DNA from: Thermodesulfobacteriota bacterium
GTDB taxonomy: Bacteria; Desulfobacterota_D; UBA1144; Nemesobacterales; JAJCZQ01
Assembly (NCBI GenBank): GCA_965215275.1
Contig: OZ244044.1
Coordinates: 96,001 to 160,000, forward strand
Direction of reading: 5' to 3'
DNA length: 64,000 nt
The notes under the pieces were generated by a model. The model worked only from the letters and a program-made list of their open reading frames with translations. It ran no database searches and had not been told where the DNA came from. Every line of letters begins with the position of its first letter. Position 1 is the first letter of the stretch. Made by a program: the position numbers and the translations under genes. This document shows positions 53,076 through 61,303 of the stretch, one piece after another.

Positions 53076-53473
53076 ATACATTAAAAGATCAAGGTTTAAT
53101 GTCGTTTCAAGATACTCCTGATATTAACATTTATAGCGTTAATGTTAGTAAAGTTAGTCCTCCTCCAGATATGGCTAAAATACAGAATTCTGTAAGAAAA
53201 AAGTAAAATAAAAATTTTTTAAGAGAGGTGTTTACAATAAGTAGTGATAGAAACTAAATATTGTGTTCTAAAGTTAGTAAGAACATTACACCTAATGAGT
53301 TTATGGTAGTTCCTAATCTTAAGAAAATTAGAAGTTTAAAAAATGAATTGATGGGATTATTTAAAGAAAATGACAGATCATTTGAGAAACTACAGTCTGT
53401 AGCAAAAGAAATTGGTAATAGTTAAAAGACTTGAATATAGAAATAGTAGAAGATGATAAAGGATATATTATAG

Positions 53474-54037
53474 ATGGGGATAGCAGAAAAAAATAATAAG
53501 AAAAATATTATTGTGTCAATAAAGACACCTAATGATCTTGGATTGGATTCAAAAACTTTGCAGGATAAAACTAAAGAAATTAAAATACCCAGCATTTCTA
53601 ACGGTTATCATAAATTTTGTTTAATACGAGATGAAAAAATCTTGTATGAAATAAACAATGGATTTATTTCTTGGGTTCTTAAATTAATACCTTATTTTAA
53701 TAATTGTTTTTATCTCGAACATAAATTTTCTGAACATGAGATAGAAGTTGTTTTTGAAGATTCTAGAGATTTATGTTTTTATAGAAATTATTTTTCTAAA
53801 TGGATGGTTGTATATAATAATACTCATACTGGGGATATTAAAGTGTATTATAAAAATGAAAATGCGGGACTCGTAAGTATGATTACATTTCATAACATAA
53901 AAATCAAAGAAATCAGACCTGTAAATTTAAATTTGAATAATGATAATAACATAGAATTTAGCGTAATTTTTACATCTACCAAGATTGAATATGGATTAGA
54001 TTTAAGAAAAGAAAATAATAATGGAGGTAGTAAATGA
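53474..54037 (+). CDS. Hypothetical protein, T4 gp19-like tail-tube fold suspected
   Basis: IEVVFEDSRDLCFYRNYFSKW...DIKVYYKNENAGLVSMITFHNIKIKEIRPVNLNLNNDNNIEFSVIF resembles the gp19-family C-terminal pattern (by eye). Confidence 0.45.
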   Translation: MGIAEKNNKKNIIVSIKTPNDLGLDSKTLQDKTKEIKIPSISNGYHKFCLIRDEKILYEINNGFISWVLKLIPYFNNCFYLEHKFSEHEIEVVFEDSRDLCFYRNYFSKWMVVYNNTHTGDIKVYYKNENAGLVSMITFHNIKIKEIRPVNLNLNNDNNIEFSVIFTSTKIEYGLDLRKENNNGGSK

Positions 54038-54501
54038 GTTATCAAATAAGTAAAGAGCAAGTAATCAAATATATATCTGATACTTTATCAAAAGAAAATG
54101 AACTTTTAAATATAGAATATGGAGAATGTAAAACTATTTTAAATGATTTAAATCGAAAGATAAAAGAGCGTGAGGAAAGCGTTAAATATACAAGGGAACA
54201 GATTGCATCTATTGATGCATTGATAAAAGATTTAGAAAAAACATATTCTAACGGTTGGAATAGAAACTTGTTGAAGATCAAAGATGGCGATATAAATATA
54301 GAAACCAAAGAATATATTAAATGTTTATATAATAATGTTCTACCAATGAGAAAAGCAATTATATCACAAAAACTTGCAAATTTAGAAAATGATTTAAATG
54401 TACTGAACGAAGAAAGGTATTCTCTTGTAGAAAAAGTTAATAAAAAGGGATTTGAATATAAGTCTGTTAAATGGATTGATCAAGTAATTAAAAAACAATA
54501 A
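54034..54501 (+). CDS. Hypothetical coiled-coil protein
   Basis: GGAGG RBS, start overlapping the upstream stop region, heptad-rich sequence. Confidence 0.6.
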   Translation: MSYQISKEQVIKYISDTLSKENELLNIEYGECKTILNDLNRKIKEREESVKYTREQIASIDALIKDLEKTYSNGWNRNLLKIKDGDINIETKEYIKCLYNNVLPMRKAIISQKLANLENDLNVLNEERYSLVEKVNKKGFEYKSVKWIDQVIKKQ

Positions 54502-54514
54502 AAAACTATAATGA

Positions 54515-55059
54515 ATGGTAATAATCACGAAGCTGACTTTACAGAACTTCCTGTCGTATAAAGAATTAGAACTTAACTTCAAACCTGGCAGACACCTTAT
54601 TCTTGACAGTATAGACGGAAATCCTACTATATCTAACGGATCGGGTAAATCATAGATGGTTTACTCGTTTCTTTATTCGGTCAGACCAGAGCTGAAATCA
54701 TCAGTACTAACGATCAAGAAGATTGCGTAGCTACTGTTGAATTCAATGTAGATAAATCATCTTACAAGATAGAAAGATATCATAAACATAAAGAACATAA
54801 GAATGTTGTTAAGATATATAAAGATTTGTTAAGATATATAAAGATAAAGAAGATATCACTCCTTCCAAGATATTAGACAGTAAGGCATATGTTAAGTAAG
54901 ATACTTGATATATCTTATGATGTATTCGTCTCGTCTTTTGTAATCCTTCAGGGTATGCCAGCTGTCTTTGGCAATCTATCTGACACTGGAAGAAAGTCAT
55001 TACTTGAAGATGTATTAAATTTGGGGACTATATACAATGTTGCACAAAATAAAAAGCAT
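54515..55059 (+). pseudogene. SbcC/Rad50/T4 gp46-like recombination ATPase, N-terminal fragment, frameshifted
   Basis: MVIITKLTLQNFLSYKELELNF...SNGSGKS* (stop 54653-54655); next frame IDGLLVSLFG...VEFNVDKSSYKIER; then KILDISYDVFVSSFVILQG...RKSLLEDVLNL; 20-bp tandem duplication at 54806-54845. Confidence 0.75.
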
Positions 55060-55962
55060 TTATTCTGTTGAGAACGGAATGGGCATAAAGCAGCCTATAA
55101 ACACTAAAAGCGTTAACAATGCCAGCAGTTTTCTCTTAATACCGATATCCTCTTCCTCATATTCGGTGGGTGGATGACCGGTTCCGATCAGTATTAAGGC
55201 AAGCACCCAGATAAGCCATCCGAACCATCCTTCCAGGGCAAGGTAATTGCTTAACCCCTGAATGTCCATGCCCAGAGCCTGAAACAGGTTCATGAACGGT
55301 TCTGAACCCATACCGAGTATTACAAGAAGGACTATTGAAGCGTGAGAGAAGAAAGAATGGACCTTTTTACTGAACAATGAAAATATTAAATGCCCTCCAT
55401 CAAGCTGTCCTGACGGTATAAGGTTGATAGCCGTTACAAACAGACCTATCCATCCTGCAAACGCCATTGGGTGAAGCATGATGTCTTCACCTTCTTTTAT
55501 AGCTTCACTTCCCAGGGTCATATCTACAAAAAGTTCAAACAGTAAAGATGAACCCAGGCGTATGACCGACCCGTTCTCGAACTCGGTCACTGGGACGACC
55601 TGCGACATCTTAAGTCCGATAAAGAGGATCGGTAGTGTAGCGACCACTCCAAAAAGCGGTCCTGCAACGCCGATGTCGAACAGCGAGCTCTTTGATCTTA
55701 TCTGTGATTTGATCTTTATGAAAGCTCCCATCGTACCGGCTATAAAAGGTGGCGGAACAGGTATAAAGTAAGGTGGAGAAACAAGGACGTTATGCCTTCT
55801 GGCGTACATATAGTGGCCAAGTTCATGGGAACCCAGTATGAACAGGATCGAAAAAGAGAAGAATATGCCACTGGCAATGCTCCCTCCTTGCAGATATCCG
55901 GAAAGAAAAGTAGTAAATACAGTGGCGACGAAAAGCACGATATGGATCACGGTCAAGTTCAT
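55060..55962 (-). CDS. Site-2 protease (M50) family
   Basis: HELGH, AGP, NLIPSGQLDGGH. Confidence 0.92.
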   Translation of the reverse strand: MNLTVIHIVLFVATVFTTFLSGYLQGGSIASGIFFSFSILFILGSHELGHYMYARRHNVLVSPPYFIPVPPPFIAGTMGAFIKIKSQIRSKSSLFDIGVAGPLFGVVATLPILFIGLKMSQVVPVTEFENGSVIRLGSSLLFELFVDMTLGSEAIKEGEDIMLHPMAFAGWIGLFVTAINLIPSGQLDGGHLIFSLFSKKVHSFFSHASIVLLVILGMGSEPFMNLFQALGMDIQGLSNYLALEGWFGWLIWVLALILIGTGHPPTEYEEEDIGIKRKLLALLTLLVFIGCFMPIPFSTE

Positions 55963-56017
55963 GGTCCTTGCTGTATGTATGGGGTATAAAGGGCAGCTGT
56001 TGGGTTTTTATGACCGC

Positions 56018-58315
56018 TCATTCAAGTTCAACCAGAGAAGGGTCTATGCTTTGAAGCACCTCATGTATATAACGTGCTATTTCTGCTTCTTTTTTCTGCG
56101 TTATTATTTCGGTCCTTACCTGATCCAGGAGCTTGTGGTCGAACTTCTGTATAAGATATCTTACAAGGGGTACCTTTACAGGAGAAACGCTGAGATTCCT
56201 GTATCCGAGCGACAGCAGGATAAGTGCTCCGGAAGGCGACCCTGCCATTTCACCACAGATGGATATTTCCTTGTTAAGGGACCGTGCTTTTTTATTTATA
56301 TCGTCCATCATTCTTAAAACGGATGGATGAAAAGAGGAGTACAGATGTCCTACGGCGTTTGAGTTCCTGTCAACGGCAAGAAGATACTGGATCAGGTCAT
56401 TCGTTCCAACTGAAATGAAGTTTATGAGCTCTTTATAGTCCTCAAGCTGATACACTATAGCGGGAACTTCTATCATCAGGCCCAGGTCAGGGATATCTTT
56501 GTTCTCAATATCCAGTTCTGCGGCAGTATCCTCGATGATCTGCTTGGCAGTTTCTGCTTCCCACACGTAGGATATCATCGGCAGAAGTATCCTGAACTTG
56601 CATCCTTTCCTTATTGAAAGCAGGACCGCCTTAACCTGGTCCTTGAACAGATCAAGATATTCCATCGAGAACCTTATGGCCCTCAGTCCCAGCAAGGGGT
56701 TTTCCTCATCTGGGATATTGAAGTAGGGCAGTATCTTGTCAGCACCGATATCCAGGGTCCTTATATTGACCACGCCTTTAAAGTGTTTTGCCACTTGTTT
56801 GTATATTTTTATCTGTTCTTCCACTCCGGGCCACTCTTCAAGTTGAGTGAACGCAAACTCCGTTCTGAACAGTCCCACGTCTTCTATCTCGTAACGTTTT
56901 GCAATGTCTATATCAACGGGAAATCCGATATTGGCGGTTATGGATACGTTTAATACGTTATCTCCCCTGACCTTGCTTTCCTTTTCGATCTTTTCCTTTA
57001 ATAAAATACTTTTCTTTTCGGCGTTCTTATACTCCTCTACAAGGGTGTTATCGGGGTTTATGAATATAAATCCGGTAGTGCCGTCAACGATCAGTTTATC
57101 TCCGGAGTCCACCAGATCACATATACCTTCAATACCCACAACAAGTGGTATCCCGAGAGATTTAGCTATGATCACGGCATGAGAGGTCTCACCACCTTTC
57201 TCGGTAATAATCCCTCCAACGTTGTTCCTGCTCAGCATCGATACAAATGACGGTCCTATTTCATCTGTGATAACCACTTGTTTGTTAACCTTGGCCGGGA
57301 TGTACCTTTCATTTTTCTTAGACCCTGCAAGGTCGTGAAGCAGTCTTTCACCGATATCCCTGAAATCCTGTGCCCTTTCTCTGATATATCTGTCTTCAAG
57401 GTTTTCAAACTGGGAGGCGATCAGCTCTATTCCACCTACGACCGCCTGTTCCGCGGTGGTTTTCTTTTTTCGCAGTTTATCAAGTACGGTGCTTTTCAAA
57501 GAGTCGCTTTTTAATATCATTAAGTGAGAATGAAATATATCTATTTCGTTCTCGGACAGGATACTGTCCTTTGACAGTCTGTCTATAAGTTCGTGCAGGT
57601 CGTTCTCAACGTTTTTAAAAGATCTGAAAAGCCTGTTTTCCTCCTCTTTCGGCGAGGACCGTTTAACTGTATTTTCATTTCTGATCTGCTGAAAAAGACC
57701 TCTCATCAAAAATGCGTTCCCTATAGCAAGTCCTGGAGATGCTCCTTTCCCTTGATAGGTCTTGGTCTTATGTTTTAAGATCGAAGGTGTTTTAAGTCGT
57801 TCCAGTCTGTCGGCAACTTCCAGCAGTCCTGCCAGTCTTGCCGCGATTATCTGAAAAAGTGTTTCCTCGGCCGGATTAATATGTCGTGACTTAATGGTCT
57901 GTCCCACCAGTACCCCTAAGCATTCGTTGTGCAGTATGATCGGTGTACCCAGGTAACTTTCGTACTTTTCTTCACCTATTTCAGGAAAATACCTGTAGTT
58001 TCTGTGAAGTGAAGCAGGGGTAACTGCCAAAGGACGCATAGTATAGTAAACCAGTCCTGTCAGTCCTTCGTTCGGTTTTAAAACGACTTTGTTCTTTCCT
58101 ATGTTAAGTCCTATTGTTGATCTCAGAGTAAGTTCCTTGTTTTTTTTGTCCCATATATAGATGGATACCACGTCGAAATTCAACGAATTGCTTATTTTGT
58201 TCACTACGTCCTTTAAAATATTATCCAGACCACTTGATTGATTGATCAGATCACTGATTTCGTGAACAACCTTTAAATGTAAATGCTCTCTATTGATCAA
58301 GCTTTGTGCTTCCAT
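56018..58315 (-). CDS. ptsP: PEP-protein phosphotransferase with N-terminal GAF domain (EI-Ntr-like)
   Basis: GAF N-terminus, TSHAVI phospho-His motif, GLFRTE, RTLDIGADK, SVGTNDL, ICGEMA. Confidence 0.92.
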   Translation of the reverse strand: MEAQSLINREHLHLKVVHEISDLINQSSGLDNILKDVVNKISNSLNFDVVSIYIWDKKNKELTLRSTIGLNIGKNKVVLKPNEGLTGLVYYTMRPLAVTPASLHRNYRYFPEIGEEKYESYLGTPIILHNECLGVLVGQTIKSRHINPAEETLFQIIAARLAGLLEVADRLERLKTPSILKHKTKTYQGKGASPGLAIGNAFLMRGLFQQIRNENTVKRSSPKEEENRLFRSFKNVENDLHELIDRLSKDSILSENEIDIFHSHLMILKSDSLKSTVLDKLRKKKTTAEQAVVGGIELIASQFENLEDRYIRERAQDFRDIGERLLHDLAGSKKNERYIPAKVNKQVVITDEIGPSFVSMLSRNNVGGIITEKGGETSHAVIIAKSLGIPLVVGIEGICDLVDSGDKLIVDGTTGFIFINPDNTLVEEYKNAEKKSILLKEKIEKESKVRGDNVLNVSITANIGFPVDIDIAKRYEIEDVGLFRTEFAFTQLEEWPGVEEQIKIYKQVAKHFKGVVNIRTLDIGADKILPYFNIPDEENPLLGLRAIRFSMEYLDLFKDQVKAVLLSIRKGCKFRILLPMISYVWEAETAKQIIEDTAAELDIENKDIPDLGLMIEVPAIVYQLEDYKELINFISVGTNDLIQYLLAVDRNSNAVGHLYSSFHPSVLRMMDDINKKARSLNKEISICGEMAGSPSGALILLSLGYRNLSVSPVKVPLVRYLIQKFDHKLLDQVRTEIITQKKEAEIARYIHEVLQSIDPSLVELE

Positions 58316-58499
58316 AATAAATACCCAGGGACCTACGATGTCTTTGTTGAAATATTCATGCGTAAAGTTAATTTTATTATAATTCTGTTATTAGTATTTC
58401 CAATCAAATACTATTATAAAGAAAAAGAGCAGGTAGATATATAGGCAAATTCATATTTGGATATCAGCCTGTCTGTGCCAAGGACTGAAAGAGATAGAA

Positions 58500-59921
58500 A
58501 TGAACAATGAAGCAAAAGGCAGCAGCATTTACAGAATAGCTATAATAGGGTCTGGTCCGGCAGGGTTTTTTGCTGCAGGATATCTGTTCGATAATAAAGA
58601 CCTGAATATTGAAATTGATATGTATGACAAACTTCCAACTCCTTTTGGACTTGTCAGGTCGGGCGTGGCACCCGATCATCAGAAAGTAAAGAGCGTTACA
58701 AGGGTTTATAACAAGATAGCTGAAAATCCAAAGTTCAGATTTTATGGACTGGTCGAATTTGGGCTTCATATTACCCTTGAAGATCTGAAAAAGTTCTATC
58801 ATCAGGTAATTTTTGCCACCGGGACACAGACCGATAGAAGAATGAAGATCTCCGGCGAAGGTCTGGAAAGGAGCTATACTGCTACAGAGTTTGTTGCATG
58901 GTATAACGGACACCCTGCTTTTGTCGATTTTGATTTTGATCTGACTGTCGAAAAAGTGGCGATCGTAGGTATTGGTAACGTAGCAGTGGACGTGGCGAGA
59001 ATACTGTGCAGGTCTGCAAATGAACTTTCAAAAACGGATATTACGGACTATGCGTTCGATAAACTCATAAACAGCAATGTAAAGGAGATATATATGCTCG
59101 GGAGACGTGGACCCGCACAGGCGGCGTTTACAAACCCTGAAATAAGAGAACTTCAAAATCTTGAATCCGCGGATGTCATAACATTAAAGAAAGAAGTTGA
59201 ACTTGATGCTCTAACTACCTGTTATTTATCAAAAAACCCTGTCAGATCAACGGAAAAAAAAGTGCAGATGCTAAAAGAGTTCTCGGAAAACACCTGCGAT
59301 AAGGATAAACGTCTTATAATCAGGTTCCTTGTGTCTCCAGTGGAACTTCTGCCTGATGGAGAAGGAGGTGTTAAAGGTATTAAACTTGCGAAGAACGAAC
59401 TGTTCAGATCCGATGATGGTTCTTTAAGGGCACGTCCCACGGGTGAGCATGAGATATTAGAGGTAGGCACCGTGTTTCGCTCCATAGGGTACTACGGAAC
59501 CCCTCTTGCAGGTGTACCCTTTGATGAGTATCGTGGGATTATACCCAATAAGCAGGGCAGGGTTACCGACGAAAAAGGGAACAGCATTTTAGGACTGTAC
59601 ACGGCAGGATGGATAAAACGCGGACCCACCGGAGTTATAGGAACGAATAAAATGGATTCGTCAGAGACCGTTTCGGCGATGGTCGACGATATTCGCAGCA
59701 ATAAGACCTTTAAACCTGAATTTACCAGTTCAGAGAAAGTGGAAACTTTACTTGAAGAAAGCAAGGGAAGTGATTCGGGTTATATTGACTATGCCGACTG
59801 GCTTGAGATAGATAAGGATGAGGTCAGTAAGGGAAAAATAAAAGGGAAACCTCGGGTGAAATTTACCACTGTTGAGGATATTAGAAAGCTTTTAAATAAA
59901 AAAAGGGAATTATATAGTTAA
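58500..59921 (+). CDS. Ferredoxin/adrenodoxin-NADP+ reductase (FprA-like); stop codon now supplied by the inserted element
   Basis: IGSGPAG, PFGLVRSGVAPDH, GIGNVAVDVAR, GWIKRGPTGVIG. Confidence 0.9.
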   Translation: MNNEAKGSSIYRIAIIGSGPAGFFAAGYLFDNKDLNIEIDMYDKLPTPFGLVRSGVAPDHQKVKSVTRVYNKIAENPKFRFYGLVEFGLHITLEDLKKFYHQVIFATGTQTDRRMKISGEGLERSYTATEFVAWYNGHPAFVDFDFDLTVEKVAIVGIGNVAVDVARILCRSANELSKTDITDYAFDKLINSNVKEIYMLGRRGPAQAAFTNPEIRELQNLESADVITLKKEVELDALTTCYLSKNPVRSTEKKVQMLKEFSENTCDKDKRLIIRFLVSPVELLPDGEGGVKGIKLAKNELFRSDDGSLRARPTGEHEILEVGTVFRSIGYYGTPLAGVPFDEYRGIIPNKQGRVTDEKGNSILGLYTAGWIKRGPTGVIGTNKMDSSETVSAMVDDIRSNKTFKPEFTSSEKVETLLEESKGSDSGYIDYADWLEIDKDEVSKGKIKGKPRVKFTTVEDIRKLLNKKRELYS

Positions 59922-60060
59922 GTAGACAAACTTACCTATACTGTTCTGAGTGCAGAGTTCCTCTATCCCTGTTCTCTTTTGATCTGATACTCTTAGCACT
60001 CATCGGGAGTATTGCTACCTTATTCCCGCCCGATATGAAGTCTCCTTCATTAAGAGTATT
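59885..60060 (-). ncRNA. Putative omega-RNA overlapping the tnpB 3' end, plus flank-derived guide
   Basis: Several stems: ATGAAG-GAGA-CTTCAT, ATCGGG/CCCGAT enclosing GTA-GCAA-TAC, GAGTGC/GCACTC, TATAGGTAAGT/ACTTAACTATA; boundaries approximate. Confidence 0.6.
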
Positions 60061-61223
60061 GATATTTTTACCTGCATTTATATCCCTGTCTTCTGAATAA
60101 CCGCAATATATACAGTTAAATACTCTTTGATACAAAGGCAGTTTTGGATTTATCTTTCCACATTCAGAACAGGCTCTTGTTGTATAATGAGCTTTAACTA
60201 AAACCAGCTTGCCTCCAGCTATCTCGGCTTTGTAAGCAAGTTGATGTTTGATCTTACCCCATTGCTGTTCCGTTATGGATTTAGCAAGATGATGGTTCTT
60301 TACCATTCCTTGTATATTCAAATCCTCTAATTTTATATGATTACTCTTCTTTACGGTCTCTGTTGTTAATCTGTGTATAGCATTATTTTCACGATCGGTA
60401 GTTCGTTCCCATTCCTTCGCTAACGATAAAACTTTCTTCTTTCTGCTATCAGAACCTTTTACCGCTCTTGAAACAATTCGTTGCTTTCTTTTCAGTTCCT
60501 TCCTGTCTATCCTGATACCGGGAACTTTAGTTCCATCTGAAAAAGCTAATCTGTTTGTTATTCCAAAATCTATCCCTATGGATTTATCCAAAGGTCTCTT
60601 CTTCTCATCTGTAAACTCACACAGAAACTGGAGCTTAATTCTTAACGAACTTTGAATTACTCTTATTATTGTTTTAGGTGCTTTCAAACAAACACACTCT
60701 GGCATACTACCTTTGAAAGATAATCTGCCAAGTCCCTTTATCGTTAAATATGTTCTTCTGCCTGTCTTCTTTATGTTTTTATAATTGTTTGTTTCAAATG
60801 AACGAACTGGTCTGTTTGAACTTTTATATTTAGGTCTGCCAACCTTCCTTACCTTCTTACCTGCTTTTTTATTCCTTAAATAGCTCAAATAAGGACTATA
60901 TGCATTATCCAGTCTTTCCAGAACGCTTCTTTGAGCTACCGCATTAAACTTTTCAAATCCCTTGTCTTGCTCTCGGACCTCAGTTAGTTCGTTAAACTGT
61001 TCGTATTTAGAGATAGTTCTTCCATACCAATCCCAGGATCTTAACCTATGGTACAAGGCACTGTTATACAGATCGGTAAGCTGATTTAAGAATTCATCCA
61101 GCCTTTTATGAAAACCACTATCTGCCTTTACAGTTCGTGTAATCGTTCTAACCATGCTATAATACTACCATTTTCCTACCAATTTTACAAGTTCTTTCTT
61201 GTCAACTTAACTATATAATTCCC
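59905..61223 (-). mobile_element. Non-autonomous TIR-bounded element carrying only tnpB (IS1595-like ends)
   Basis: TIRs GGGAATTATATAGTTAAGT(A/T)GACAA at 59905-59929 and 61199-61223 (24/25 match); direct repeat TAAAAAAA at 59897-59904 and 61224-61231. Confidence 0.85.
59932..61155 (-). CDS. tnpB: RNA-guided endonuclease TnpB
   Basis: LYNSAL, RuvC-I GIDFG, RuvC-II KLEDLNI, zinc finger CSECG...CIYCG, RuvC-III DRDINAGKNI. Confidence 0.93.
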   Translation of the reverse strand: MVRTITRTVKADSGFHKRLDEFLNQLTDLYNSALYHRLRSWDWYGRTISKYEQFNELTEVREQDKGFEKFNAVAQRSVLERLDNAYSPYLSYLRNKKAGKKVRKVGRPKYKSSNRPVRSFETNNYKNIKKTGRRTYLTIKGLGRLSFKGSMPECVCLKAPKTIIRVIQSSLRIKLQFLCEFTDEKKRPLDKSIGIDFGITNRLAFSDGTKVPGIRIDRKELKRKQRIVSRAVKGSDSRKKKVLSLAKEWERTTDRENNAIHRLTTETVKKSNHIKLEDLNIQGMVKNHHLAKSITEQQWGKIKHQLAYKAEIAGGKLVLVKAHYTTRACSECGKINPKLPLYQRVFNCIYCGYSEDRDINAGKNINTLNEGDFISGGNKVAILPMSAKSIRSKENRDRGTLHSEQYR

Positions 61224-61230
61224 TAAAAAA

Positions 61231-61287
61231 ACACCAAGCTGAACTACTGTATTAACAGAGTTAATATGTAGATAAACAGCTTGGTGT
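61231..61287. terminator. Long inverted repeat between convergent genes, possible bidirectional terminator
   Basis: ACACCAAGCTG...CAGCTTGGTGT with an inner imperfect stem CTACTGTATTAAC/GTTAATATGTAG. Confidence 0.55.
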
Positions 61288-61303
61288 ACTTTGTCGAGCG
61301 TTA

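Larger units (their letters stand above)
53076..55059 (+). mobile_element. AT-rich decayed phage-derived fragment
   Basis: Abrupt AT-rich composition, tightly packed co-directional ORFs, gp46/SbcC pseudogene; no integrase or att site seen. Confidence 0.65.

Noticed and set aside
53076..55059. Intact prophage or contractile injection system
   Set aside because: Only about 2 kb; no sheath, baseplate, capsid or integrase genes; contains frameshifted genes.
59932..61155. Cas12f/type V CRISPR effector or canonical IS605/IS607 element
   Set aside because: No CRISPR array, cas1/cas2, tnpA or serine recombinase in the window; the ends are TIR plus TSD.
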